Shown here: positions 10,055-20,230 of the stretch, one piece after another
How the letters are laid out: each line of letters opens with the position of its first letter
Position numbering within the stretch: the first letter of the stretch is position 1
NCBI GenBank assembly: GCA_043806395.1
Contig: JAZDHC010000143.1
Location: 1-32,093 of the forward strand
Direction of reading: 5' to 3'
Length of the DNA stretch: 32,093 nucleotides
Origin: Candidatus Desantisbacteria bacterium
Lineage (GTDB): Bacteria > UBA9089 > CG2-30-40-21
Notes under the pieces: model-generated
The model's input: the letters and a program-made list of their open reading frames with translations, nothing else
What the model was told of the DNA's origin: nothing
Database searches by the model: none
Made by a program: the position numbers and the translations under genes

Positions 10055-10107
10055 TTCCCTTCTTCTGTCAAGACAACTAATAATTATAATAGCCATAAAG
10101 CTGATAA

Positions 10108-11904
10108 CTAATTGCTTATGCCATACCTGTCCACCTTAATAATTGCTTCCAACTTGCATTTAGCCACACACTGCCCGCACCTGACACATTTATTCGCATC
10201 GATTACATGCAGTTTTTTCTTCTCCCCGATGATAGCCCCAGTTGGACATACCTTAATACACAGCCCACACCCTTTACAACGGTCATCAATGATGGCAAAC
10301 GATATTAATTCTTTACAAGCCTTTGCTGTACATCTACGATGCTTGATATGCAACTCATACTCATCCCTGAAATACCTCAAGGTTGTCAACACTGGATTTG
10401 GGGCAGTCTGCCCAAGCCCGCACAATGATGTATTTTTTACCTTTTGTGCCAAATTCTCCAATAATTCAATATCGCCTTCAACACCATGACCGGAGACTAT
10501 CCTTTCCAATATCTCCAGCATCCGTCTGGTGCCAATCCTGCAAAAAGTACATTTACCACACGATTCGTTTTGGGTAAAATTGAGAAAAAATCTGGCAATA
10601 TCTACCATACAGATGGTATCATCCATTACCACCATGCCACCTGAACCCATGATGGCACCAGTTTGGTTAATGGAATCATAATCAACCGGCGTATCAAGCA
10701 GACTTGATGGGATACACCCACCAGAGGGACCACCCATCTGAACTGCCTTAAACTCATGCTTGCCAGTGCCAGAGGTGCTACCTCCTACCCCGCCGCCAAT
10801 CCCAAAGATAACATCTCTCAGGCTCATGCCCATGGGAACCTCAACCAGACCACCTCGCTGTATCTTGCCAGCTAAGGCAAACACCTTTGTCCCCTTACTT
10901 TTTTCCGTACCAAAAGCGGCATAGCTTTCTGCCCCTTTCAGGATAATCCAGGGAATATTTGCCAATGTCTCTACATTGTTGATATTAGTCGGCTTACCAT
11001 ATAATCCGGAGATAGCTGGAAACGGTGGTCTTAACCGCGGCATCCCCCGTTTACCCTCAATAGAGGCAATCAAAGCTGTCTCCTCACCGCAGACAAAGGC
11101 GCCAGCCCCTTCCTTTATCAAAATCTCAAATCCAAAATCACTCCCACAGACATTTGGACCAATAACCCCGGTCTTCGTAGCCTGCTCAATGGCTATCCTC
11201 AGTCTCTTTATCGCCAATGGGTATTCAGCCCGAACATAAATATACCCATGATGGCTGCCGATAGCATAACCTCCAATAAGCATGCCCTCAATCACGCTAT
11301 GTGGATCACCCTCCAGCACACTTCTATCCATAAATGCACCCGGGTCACCCTCGTCTGCATTACAGATGAAATATTTTTCATCACCCGGGCTCTTTGCCGC
11401 AAATCCCCACTTTACTCCGGTGGGAAATCCGGCTCCACCTCGTCCACGCAAACCAGATTGAGTAATCTCATCAATTACTTGTGAGGGCGACATCTCCAAA
11501 AGCACCCGACGAATTGCCTTATAGCCATCCAGACTAATATATTCATCAATTGACTCCGGCGATATAACCCCACAGTTGCGAAGTACAATCCGTTTTTGTT
11601 TATTAAGACACTCCTCGTCTTCCAAAGAGATCAGCCATTCGGTAATGATCCTGCCATCAAGCACATGCTCATCAAGTATCCGCTCTACCATATCAGGGGT
11701 CACATGTTTATAGGTAACCTTTCCATCAGGCAAGATAACATCAACCAGCACTTCATTGTAGCACATGCCAATACAACCAGTCTCGGAAAGCACCACATCC
11801 AATTCACGGGTAGAAATCCCTTGCATCAATCGTTCATAAACCTTTTTGCCACCCGAGGCAATTCCACAACTGCCCAAACCAACAACAATATGTGCCTTCT
11901 GCAT
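10108..11904 (-). CDS. nuoF: NuoF/HydB(BfuB)-like flavoprotein, copy 2
   Basis: N-terminal thioredoxin-like Fe-S domain, GLRGRGGAGFP, CNADEGDPGAFMDRS, CGEETAL, GGPSGG, SCGKCTFCR, C-terminal 2x[4Fe-4S]. Confidence 0.92.
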   Translation of the reverse strand: MQKAHIVVGLGSCGIASGGKKVYERLMQGISTRELDVVLSETGCIGMCYNEVLVDVILPDGKVTYKHVTPDMVERILDEHVLDGRIITEWLISLEDEECLNKQKRIVLRNCGVISPESIDEYISLDGYKAIRRVLLEMSPSQVIDEITQSGLRGRGGAGFPTGVKWGFAAKSPGDEKYFICNADEGDPGAFMDRSVLEGDPHSVIEGMLIGGYAIGSHHGYIYVRAEYPLAIKRLRIAIEQATKTGVIGPNVCGSDFGFEILIKEGAGAFVCGEETALIASIEGKRGMPRLRPPFPAISGLYGKPTNINNVETLANIPWIILKGAESYAAFGTEKSKGTKVFALAGKIQRGGLVEVPMGMSLRDVIFGIGGGVGGSTSGTGKHEFKAVQMGGPSGGCIPSSLLDTPVDYDSINQTGAIMGSGGMVVMDDTICMVDIARFFLNFTQNESCGKCTFCRIGTRRMLEILERIVSGHGVEGDIELLENLAQKVKNTSLCGLGQTAPNPVLTTLRYFRDEYELHIKHRRCTAKACKELISFAIIDDRCKGCGLCIKVCPTGAIIGEKKKLHVIDANKCVRCGQCVAKCKLEAIIKVDRYGISN

Positions 11905-11916
11905 ACAATCTCCCTC

Positions 11917-12384
11917 TCAATAATTCTCCAACATCTCTTTAATCCTGTCCTCATTCAGCCTTCCATACACATCCTCATCAATCATAACCACAGGTGCCAG
12001 ACTACAACACCCAAGGCAAGAAACCTTATCAAGGGTAAACCTCATATCAGCGGTTGTGTTACCCGGCAAGACACCGAGTTTATCTGCCATAATCATGGTT
12101 ATGTTCTCTGCCCCGGACACATGACAGGCCGTACCATGACAGGCACGGATGATATGTTCACCAACAGGAGAAAACCTGAACTGGGTGTAGAATGTTGCTA
12201 CCCCATATACCTCACTTGGTTTTAATCCAAGACCATTTGCAACGATGGTCATGGATTCCTCGGATAAATACCCATACAACCCTTGTGCCTTTTGTAGCAC
12301 GGGTATGAGTCCACCTGATTTACCCTGATATTCAAAAAGGATATATGTCAATTCATCTTGATTTTTAGAACATTGGCATCCCAT
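11917..12384 (-). CDS. nuoE: NuoE/HydC(BfuC)-like [2Fe-2S] subunit, copy 2
   Basis: GVATFYTQF, CHGTACHV, SCLGCCSLAP. Confidence 0.92.
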   Translation of the reverse strand: MGCQCSKNQDELTYILFEYQGKSGGLIPVLQKAQGLYGYLSEESMTIVANGLGLKPSEVYGVATFYTQFRFSPVGEHIIRACHGTACHVSGAENITMIMADKLGVLPGNTTADMRFTLDKVSCLGCCSLAPVVMIDEDVYGRLNEDRIKEMLENY

Positions 12385-12386
12385 GG

Positions 12387-12911
12387 TTATTCTCCCTTCC
12401 TTCCAATCACTATCGCCCCAATCAATGCCACCAATAGTACAAATGAAACTAATTCAAATGGCAAGACGAATTGTCCTAATAATAATTTTCCAATTTGGGA
12501 TATATCACCAATAATTGGTACTGCTACCGTTTCATTCCATTTCATAGCCTTCAAGATATAAAAGATAAGGCAAAACAAAACACCTGAGGTAACTATTGCC
12601 ACCCCTTTTAATTGATTTCCCTGATGATTCGCCATGTCTGAAACCTTATAGGTCAACATGATAAGAAACATAAAGAGAACAACAATTGCCCCAACAAAGA
12701 TAAATACCTGAATGATTGCCAGAAACTCTGCATTAAGGGTAATAAACAACCCGGCTACACTCAAAAGAAACACAGCCAGAAATAATACTGCATGCACTAA
12801 ATTTCTCACTGTCACCACCAGCACACCGCAAACAATACCAATAGCTGCCAGCACGAAAAACGCCATATTTGGTAATAACCATGAACAAATAGCATCAATA
12901 TTTATCATCAT
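12387..12911 (-). CDS. nuoJ: NADH-quinone oxidoreductase subunit J
   Basis: RNLVHAVLFL, LNAEFLAIIQVFIFVGAIVVLF, LPFELVSFVLLVALIGAI; start uncertain (12908, 12911 or 12917). Confidence 0.93.
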   Translation of the reverse strand: MMINIDAICSWLLPNMAFFVLAAIGIVCGVLVVTVRNLVHAVLFLAVFLLSVAGLFITLNAEFLAIIQVFIFVGAIVVLFMFLIMLTYKVSDMANHQGNQLKGVAIVTSGVLFCLIFYILKAMKWNETVAVPIIGDISQIGKLLLGQFVLPFELVSFVLLVALIGAIVIGRKGE

Positions 12912-12919
12912 ATCCACCC

Positions 12920-13414
12920 CTATCTGGTTTTAAGTACTACGCCTTCCAGACCTGTCAATCTTTGCTGCAAATCAATAAGTAAATTCTTCAACATCCCTAT
13001 CTCTTCTATTTGGACATTGACCAGCCTGTCTTTTTCTGTAACCTTCAAATGCTCCTCAACCACTGTCTCGGTTTGAACCACCCTTCTCCACATCATTACC
13101 CACTGCCCGGCCAATCCGGCCAGCACCATGAGTACTGCACCAAAGGTAACCTGAAGCCAGAACATCATATCCCCAAATCGATTATTCGTATCATTAAGTC
13201 GCTGATCCATAGCCGTAAACCGTTGATCCATACTTTTTTCCATAGCCACAAACCGTTGATTTATCATTTGTTCCAAACTATCCAGCCTTGTCTCAATCTT
13301 AGCCAGTCTTACTTCAACACTTGTTTCTCCTTGTGTCGCATACACCAACTGTGTATTGCCCAACAAACAACATATTCCTGCCACAATCAGTATGCTTTGC
13401 TTAATCCACATCAC
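12920..13414 (-). CDS. Hypothetical protein: signal peptide, coiled coil with xxQRF-like repeats, TM helix
   Basis: GAGGAGGA RBS; INQRFVAMEKS-MDQRFTAMDQR-LNDTNNRF; TM WLQVTFGAVLMVLAGLAGQW; fills the nuoH-nuoJ gap. Confidence 0.8.
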   Translation of the reverse strand: MMWIKQSILIVAGICCLLGNTQLVYATQGETSVEVRLAKIETRLDSLEQMINQRFVAMEKSMDQRFTAMDQRLNDTNNRFGDMMFWLQVTFGAVLMVLAGLAGQWVMMWRRVVQTETVVEEHLKVTEKDRLVNVQIEEIGMLKNLLIDLQQRLTGLEGVVLKTR

Positions 13415-13424
13415 TGCATCCTCC

Positions 13425-14483
13425 TCATATCAACACCATCACCAATCCAGTCAATCCAATATTCAAAAACGCAAGCGGCAGCAATACCTTCCAGCCAAAC
13501 CCCATCAATTGATCCACTCGAATGCGGGGGTATGTCCATCTAAACCATATAAATAAAAACACAATCGCATATGTCTTTGCCAAGAACCATACAATTGGTG
13601 GCAAAGACAGAGGAATTCCGGGTATCCCATTCCATCCGCCCAAAAACAGTGTAGCACAAACAGCTGAAGCAACAAACATATTGGCATATTCAGCCAGGAA
13701 AAACATGGCAAACTTAATGCCGCCATATTCGGTATGAAATCCAGCAATCAGTTCTGATTCTGCCTCAGGCAAGTCAAATGGTGCCCGATTACATTCTGCA
13801 ACTGCTGCAATGATAAACAAAATAAATGCCAGAGGTTGTTTGATAATATACCAGCAATCCTGCTGGCTAACAATAATATCACTCAGTTTCAAAGAGCCAG
13901 CCAACATTATTACCCCAATCACTGAAAGGCTCATAGCCAGTTCATAGCTCACAATCTGGGCACTGGAACGAATCCCGCCAAGCAGGGAATACTTATTCCC
14001 GGATGACCAGCCAGCCATGATTATGCCGATAACCCCTATGCTGCCAACAGCCATGAGATAAAGCACGCCAAGGTTTAAATCCCTGACAATCAAGCCCGGT
14101 GACCATGGCAGGACAACATAAGCCATCACCGCCGGAGACATAACAATCACTGGTGCCAGAAAAAATGTCCATTTATCCGCTACCTTAGGCATAATATTTT
14201 CTTTAAGTAATAGCTTAATTGCATCAGCTGCTGTCTGCAATATTCCAAAGGGTCCAACTCGTGTTGGTCCAAGCCTGTCTTGTATATAGCCGGCAATCTT
14301 GCGTTCAGCCAGAACAAGCATCATAGCATTAACCGAGATAAATCCACCAATCACGGATAATGCTACAACCATGGCTACCACGCTTACCACTAAAACAGGT
14401 GGCAGGTGATATGCTTCACACATATTCACCAGCCAATACTGGATATTGTCTACTAATTGTTGTGTATTATATAAAAACTGCAT
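13425..14483 (-). CDS. nuoH: NADH-quinone oxidoreductase subunit H
   Basis: ERKIAGYIQDRLGP, ADAIKLLLKE, NRAPFDLPEAESEL, YPRIRVDQLM. Confidence 0.96.
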   Translation of the reverse strand: MQFLYNTQQLVDNIQYWLVNMCEAYHLPPVLVVSVVAMVVALSVIGGFISVNAMMLVLAERKIAGYIQDRLGPTRVGPFGILQTAADAIKLLLKENIMPKVADKWTFFLAPVIVMSPAVMAYVVLPWSPGLIVRDLNLGVLYLMAVGSIGVIGIIMAGWSSGNKYSLLGGIRSSAQIVSYELAMSLSVIGVIMLAGSLKLSDIIVSQQDCWYIIKQPLAFILFIIAAVAECNRAPFDLPEAESELIAGFHTEYGGIKFAMFFLAEYANMFVASAVCATLFLGGWNGIPGIPLSLPPIVWFLAKTYAIVFLFIWFRWTYPRIRVDQLMGFGWKVLLPLAFLNIGLTGLVMVLI

Positions 14484-14497
14484 TTTGAAAACCTCAT

Positions 14498-14835
<338 letters not shown>

Positions 14836-15306
14836 CTACTTATACCTCGTAACCTCCGGCTCCTTTGTCAACCCTTCAATATCATATATCATTTTATCTC
14901 GACTATAGCAAGCCATTTCATAACAACCAGTCATACGGATAGCATCCTTTGGGCATGCCTCCACGCACAACCCACAGAATATACACCTTGATATATCAAT
15001 AATATAGCTTTCAACCTTTTTATCACAGCCTTGTACATCCGGCTCATCCATAACTACGGTTGTAATCTTGATTGCCTCAGCCGGGCAATATCTGGCACAT
15101 AATCCACAGCCAACGCACAACAATTGCCCATTCTCATCCACATTCAATCTTTGTAACCCACGGAATCCTTCTGCTACAGGCATTCTCTGGGTTGGATACT
15201 GAATGGTCACTGATGGCGTAAAAAGATGCTTAAAGGTTACTAATAGACCATGAATTAATTCTATGATAATTGTAAAAAAACCTATCTTTGGTGTATACTG
15301 TTTCAT
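14836..15306 (-). CDS. nuoI: NADH-quinone oxidoreductase subunit I
   Basis: VTIQYP, FRG, CVGCGLCARYCP and CIFCGLCVEACP; ATG 15306 overlaps the nuoG stop (ATGA). Confidence 0.93.
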   Translation of the reverse strand: MKQYTPKIGFFTIIIELIHGLLVTFKHLFTPSVTIQYPTQRMPVAEGFRGLQRLNVDENGQLLCVGCGLCARYCPAEAIKITTVVMDEPDVQGCDKKVESYIIDISRCIFCGLCVEACPKDAIRMTGCYEMACYSRDKMIYDIEGLTKEPEVTRYK

Positions 15307-17756
15307 TTTAATAACTCCACATTTCCCTTTACAGGCATCATCTCTTTCCCAAACAAACACATTATATTCATTGTTGGATACAAATGAACAACCCCAACCC
15401 CATCAGGTACATCATGGCTTGCCCTTGCCTTTAGCTCAATTCGTGCATTCTTGGAGGAAACCATAACCATGTCTCCATCCTTTATCCCCAACCTCAAAGC
15501 TTCATCAATGCCTATCTCTACGCAAGCATCACCTATCTCAAGTAAGGTTGGACTCCATGCACCAAATGAGCCAGAATATAAATGGGATGGGCTGGATACT
15601 AACAGCAACCCATCATCAGCCATTATCCCCTCACACTCAACCGGGATGAATTTACCCTTCCAATCCTTAAGTGAAAAGGGAGAAGGGCTACTCACCTTTA
15701 TCTCCTGTTGCACATCCTCTGTCGCTTCACAACCAAGTTGCTTGCAGAAATCCATAAATATTTCCAAATCTGTCCTGCTTTCCCCAACGCAAGGCAACAC
15801 CTTGTTTAATCTCTGCACCCTTCGCTCCAGATTTGTATTTGTTCCATCCTTCTCCGCAAAGCTACAGGCTGGCAGAACCACATCAGCCATATCAGCCGTA
15901 GTGGTCATAAACATATCCTGCACTACAAGGAATTCCATGGCATCCAAAGCCTTTCTCATATTAGTGAACGGATAGGTAAGCAAAGGATTTTCGCCCACGA
16001 TATACATTGCCTTTAGTTTGCCATACTCAAGCATTTCCATAGCATCAAGCCCTGGCTTATCTACAGGCACATACCCGGGTAAAAACCCTGGTACTGCTCC
16101 CATGTTAAGTGCCCCTTGTGAGTTATTCTTTTCCGGCAGGATATACACCCCGCAGGACTGCCTGCCGATATTTCCGGTAAGTAACGCCAGATTGCTTGCT
16201 GCACAGGCAATATCATGGTCATTTCCAACCAACCCCACACCCGTAGCCACAATAATGCAGGCATTAGCTGCCTCAGCATAAGTTTTGGCGGCTAATTCAA
16301 TGGCAAGAGGCTTAATCCCACATACCCTTTCCACATATTCAGGGGTATATTTTTCTATCGATGCTTTTAGCTCAGCAAGCCCTTCGGTTTTGTTATTAAC
16401 AAAGGTTGTATCAGCCAATTCAAGCCTGATTATCTGATTTATAATCCCATTAATCAAGGCAACCTCTGTTCCTGGCTTAATTATGAGGCTATCCTGTGCC
16501 TGACGGCTAAGCAGTGTCCTTTTATTATCTACTACAATCAACTTTGCCCTGTTTCGATTAACAGCCAAGTTTACCTCTATCCTGACATTTGGATGTGTCT
16601 CATTAAGGTTAGCCCGCACCAACAAGATAGCGTTTGCCTTTCTAATCTCATGCAGGAAATTGGTTGAGCAAGCCACACCAAGGCTTTCCCTTAAACCCAA
16701 TAATCCCTGATACCTGCCACCATGATCAATATTATTCGTTCCTATCCCCTGCCTGATCAATCGTTGAAAGAGATATAGCTCTTCATTGGTCAATCTGGCA
16801 GAGCCAAGCCCACCAATAGAATCTGCCCCGGATGCAGCCTTTATTTCATTAAACCGTGACACCACAAGCCCCAGAGCCTCATCCCAGCCAACCTCTTCAA
16901 ATAGTCCATTCCTTTTCACCAACGGCTTTTTTAATCTCTTCGGGCTACTGATAAACTCATATCCAAACCTGCCCTTAGAGCAAAGATTACCCTCATTTAT
17001 TCCAATATCATAATCACCTGTAACCCGCTGTATCTTATTATCCTTAAGTCCCAGCACAAGTGAACACCCATTTGAACAATAGGGACAAATTGTTGTTTTA
17101 TTCTCAAGATCCCATACGCGTGCCTTATATTTGAACATTTTTGAGTTCAATGCCCCAACCGGACACACAGAGATACACTGCCCACAAAATTCACAACTCA
17201 TAGGACGGTCAAAGTCCGTACCAATATATGTCTTAATTCCTCGATTGATAAAGCTAATCTCCCCTACACCCTGTATCTCGTTACAGATTCGTACGCATTT
17301 GCCACAGAGAACACATCGATTCATATCTCGTTCAATAAATGGTGAAAGCCTTTCCACTGCCTTTTTAACAGCCTTCATACGATATGGATTATCAACTACC
17401 CCATATTCATACACCAGATCCTGCAACTGACACTCCCCTGCCTTATCACACACAGGGCAATCAAGTGGGTGTTCTGCAAGAATAAGCTGAAGCTGTGCCC
17501 GTCTTGCCTCAATTATCTCAGGGCTATTGGTAATTATCTCCATTCCATCCTTGACCGGATTAAAACAGGCTGGTATCAATGCCTTGCGACCCTTAAGCTG
17601 AACCACACACATACGGCAGGCACCAAAGCCAATCAGCCGTTTGTCTGCACAAAGGGCAGGTATTTTTACACCAGCCTTCTGTGCTGCCTCAAGGATCATT
17701 GTTCCCTTTTTGACTGTTATCTGTTTTTTATCAATTGTTAGTGTAATTTCTGACAT
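15303..17756 (-). CDS. nuoG: NuoG-like subunit (Fe-S domain plus molybdopterin-oxidoreductase fold, FdhA-like but lacking the catalytic Cys/Sec)
   Basis: GACRMCVV, HPLDCPVCDKAGECQLQD, RCVLCGKCVRIC, CEFCGQCISVCP, CPYCSNGC..LC; NNIDHGGRY where FDH has NNIDHC/U. Confidence 0.85.
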   Translation of the reverse strand: MSEITLTIDKKQITVKKGTMILEAAQKAGVKIPALCADKRLIGFGACRMCVVQLKGRKALIPACFNPVKDGMEIITNSPEIIEARRAQLQLILAEHPLDCPVCDKAGECQLQDLVYEYGVVDNPYRMKAVKKAVERLSPFIERDMNRCVLCGKCVRICNEIQGVGEISFINRGIKTYIGTDFDRPMSCEFCGQCISVCPVGALNSKMFKYKARVWDLENKTTICPYCSNGCSLVLGLKDNKIQRVTGDYDIGINEGNLCSKGRFGYEFISSPKRLKKPLVKRNGLFEEVGWDEALGLVVSRFNEIKAASGADSIGGLGSARLTNEELYLFQRLIRQGIGTNNIDHGGRYQGLLGLRESLGVACSTNFLHEIRKANAILLVRANLNETHPNVRIEVNLAVNRNRAKLIVVDNKRTLLSRQAQDSLIIKPGTEVALINGIINQIIRLELADTTFVNNKTEGLAELKASIEKYTPEYVERVCGIKPLAIELAAKTYAEAANACIIVATGVGLVGNDHDIACAASNLALLTGNIGRQSCGVYILPEKNNSQGALNMGAVPGFLPGYVPVDKPGLDAMEMLEYGKLKAMYIVGENPLLTYPFTNMRKALDAMEFLVVQDMFMTTTADMADVVLPACSFAEKDGTNTNLERRVQRLNKVLPCVGESRTDLEIFMDFCKQLGCEATEDVQQEIKVSSPSPFSLKDWKGKFIPVECEGIMADDGLLLVSSPSHLYSGSFGAWSPTLLEIGDACVEIGIDEALRLGIKDGDMVMVSSKNARIELKARASHDVPDGVGVVHLYPTMNIMCLFGKEMMPVKGNVELLK

Positions 17757-17802
17757 CTTTACCTCATCATAACCATCAGCGTTATCAGCGTTCTATTTCT
17801 TC

Positions 17803-19608
17803 CTAATCTATCGCATCAAACTTACAAGCTGTAATACAAGATCTGCACATAGTACATTTTTCCCGATCAATAATTGCTACCTGCTTTTTCTCCCACACAA
17901 CAGCGTTTGAGGGACAAGCCTTAAAGCACACTCCGCACATCTTACATTTTTCTTCATTTACCTCAAATTTTATCAGATCAATACAAACCCTGGACGGACA
18001 TCGTTTTTCCTTGATATGAGCATCATACTCATCCCTGAAATAGCGAATGGTTGAAAGTATTGGATTGGCTGCTGTTTGACCAAGCCCACAGTGTGATGTA
18101 TTTTTTATATGCCTGCCAAGCTGTTCCAAAAATTCAATGTCCCCTTCCTGTCCCCTGCCAGCAACAATATCCTCAAGTTTATTGAGCATAACCCTTAATC
18201 CAATTCGACAGGGCACGCACTTACCACAGGATTCATCTACAGAAAAATCCGTAAAAAATCGGGCTGTATCAACCATACAGGTAGCATCATGCATAATTAC
18301 CACACCGCCAGAGCCCATCATGGCTCCAGCAGAGGTGAGTGAATCAAAATCTATGGTTATATCAAGCAGACTCTCTGGTATGCACCCACCAGATGGACCA
18401 CCAAGCTGTGCTGCCTTAAATTTTCGTTTGTTTGAGATGCCTCCGCCAATATCAAATACCAATGCCCTTAAGGATGTACCCATAGGCACTTCAACCAATC
18501 CAACATTATTTATTGCCCCGGTTAAGGCAAAGACCTTTGTGCCCTTGCTTCCCTCCGTGCCAATAGAGGCAAACCATGCCCCGCCATTAAGGATAATCTG
18601 TGGCACATTGGCAAATGTTTCAACATTGTTCAAGTTGGTTGGCTGTCCCCAGAGCCCTGATTCAGAAGAGCGGGGTGGTTTTATCCTCGGCATACCCCGT
18701 TTACCCTCAATAGAGTACATCAAGGCACTTGACTCACCACAAACAAATGCACCAGCACCTGGATATATCTCAATATCAAAATTAAAATCAGTACCAAAGA
18801 TATTTTTACCAAGCAATCCATATTCTCTTGCCTGCTCAATAGCTATATTTAATCTGTGAATAGCAAGCGGATATTCTGCCCGCACATAAATATACCCCTT
18901 TTCCACACCACCAATGGCATAGGCTGAGATAGCCATGCCTTCTAAAACCGCATGAGGGTCAGCCTCTAAGACTGATCTATCCATAAATGCACCCGGGTCA
19001 CCCTCATCACCATTGCAGACCGTATACTTTGGAAAATTCTTATACTTTCGGCACTCTTCCCACTTTTTCCCGGTTGGAAATCCGCCGCCGCCACGGCCCC
19101 GTAAGCCAGAGATAATCATCTCATTGATAACATCCTCTGGAGTCATCCCGGTTAATATTTTAGCCAATGCCTGATACCCATCACGGGCAATGTATTCGTC
19201 GATTTTCTCAGCATCAATCAGTCCACGATTCCGCAGGGCACGCAATACTTGATGTTTGAAGAACGGAATATCACTTATCAGGGGAACAGCCTCTTTTTCT
19301 GTTGGTGGGGTATACATTAAGTCCTTTACAGGCCGTCCCTTTAAGAAATGCTCTTCTACTAATAATGGTATATCCTCTGGCTTAAGGGAATGATAAAATA
19401 TACCCTCTGGATAAACTACAAATAATGGACCCTTAGCACAAAAGCCATTACAACCAGTTAAGGTTATCTGGATTTCTCTCTGGAGATCCTTTTTCTGTAA
19501 TTCATCCTCTAATGCCGTTTTTATCTTTGATGCACCACAAGCAACACAACCTGTGCCAGCACAAATTAATATATTAGCTCGAAATTGCGTCATTTCTTTC
19601 TCCCTCAT
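17803..19608 (-). CDS. nuoF: NuoF/HydB(BfuB)-like flavoprotein, copy 1
   Basis: N-terminal CAGTGC..GCNGFC [2Fe-2S], GLRGRGGGGFP, CNGDEGDPGAFMDRS, CGESSAL, GGPSGG, SCGKCVPCR, C-terminal 2x[4Fe-4S]. Confidence 0.92.
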   Translation of the reverse strand: MREKEMTQFRANILICAGTGCVACGASKIKTALEDELQKKDLQREIQITLTGCNGFCAKGPLFVVYPEGIFYHSLKPEDIPLLVEEHFLKGRPVKDLMYTPPTEKEAVPLISDIPFFKHQVLRALRNRGLIDAEKIDEYIARDGYQALAKILTGMTPEDVINEMIISGLRGRGGGGFPTGKKWEECRKYKNFPKYTVCNGDEGDPGAFMDRSVLEADPHAVLEGMAISAYAIGGVEKGYIYVRAEYPLAIHRLNIAIEQAREYGLLGKNIFGTDFNFDIEIYPGAGAFVCGESSALMYSIEGKRGMPRIKPPRSSESGLWGQPTNLNNVETFANVPQIILNGGAWFASIGTEGSKGTKVFALTGAINNVGLVEVPMGTSLRALVFDIGGGISNKRKFKAAQLGGPSGGCIPESLLDITIDFDSLTSAGAMMGSGGVVIMHDATCMVDTARFFTDFSVDESCGKCVPCRIGLRVMLNKLEDIVAGRGQEGDIEFLEQLGRHIKNTSHCGLGQTAANPILSTIRYFRDEYDAHIKEKRCPSRVCIDLIKFEVNEEKCKMCGVCFKACPSNAVVWEKKQVAIIDREKCTMCRSCITACKFDAID

Positions 19609-19617
19609 CCCTTTTCC

Positions 19618-20001
19618 TCAATATGTCGCTTCATTACCAATTCCCAGGGCATATTCTTCTACAATGTTCCCACCAATAACATGTTCTAAAAGTATCTTTT
19701 TAATCTTCTCTCCATCTAAATCAACATATTTCACCGGTGACTTTCCTGCTAATTCAACAGTTACCATTGGTTCGCGACTACATAAACCAGCACAACCAGA
19801 GGTAGTAACAGTAACATCTGTCATGTTTTGTTGCATGATTTCATCCATTAAGGCAGACATTACCCCTCTTGCACCAGAGGCAATACCACATGTCCCCATG
19901 TGAATAATAAATCTCGCTCGATAACCACCCTCTCGCAGGGTACTTGTTGCCTTATATTGTTCCTTAATCTTTATTAAATCATCAATAGTTAACTTTGCCA
20001 T
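19618..20001 (-). CDS. Thioredoxin-like (2Fe-2S) ferredoxin, HydD/HndB-like subunit
   Basis: IHMGTCGIASGAR, TSGCAGLCSREPMVTV, HVIGG; ATG 20001 with GAGGGG RBS. Confidence 0.88.
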   Translation of the reverse strand: MAKLTIDDLIKIKEQYKATSTLREGGYRARFIIHMGTCGIASGARGVMSALMDEIMQQNMTDVTVTTSGCAGLCSREPMVTVELAGKSPVKYVDLDGEKIKKILLEHVIGGNIVEEYALGIGNEATY

Positions 20002-20002
20002 A

Positions 20003-20230
20003 TTAAAAATCACCCCTCAATCGTTCATGGATAAACCTTATTATCGCTGGTAGATTTCCTGATTCTGCCTGTATCATGGTTGTATCAAGCAGAGTTATGG
20101 TCTCTGCTATCCCAATTATATCCAACCCTTTTAATTTTGCCTGCCTCACAATTGCCCTTGGTGACATCTCCAGCTCAGCACAAGGTGACAGGCAAGTATG
20201 AATATGGAGATCTGTCTTAAATATTCTCAT
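20003..20230 (-). pseudogene. Truncated PHP-domain gene, probably a deletion fusion
   Basis: DLHIHTCLSPC..MSP..IV..A..KGLDIIGI is a PHP N-terminus, but the expected TDH and the rest of the domain are missing (75 aa only). Confidence 0.7.

Noticed and set aside
15303-17756. Selenocysteine formate dehydrogenase
   Set aside because: No in-frame TGA or Cys at the ligand position.
18137-18859. Long antisense ORFs (also 11596-12225, 13010-13543, 15451-15975, 26112-26579 and others)
   Set aside because: They are shadows of well-supported opposite-strand genes and show no recognisable motifs.
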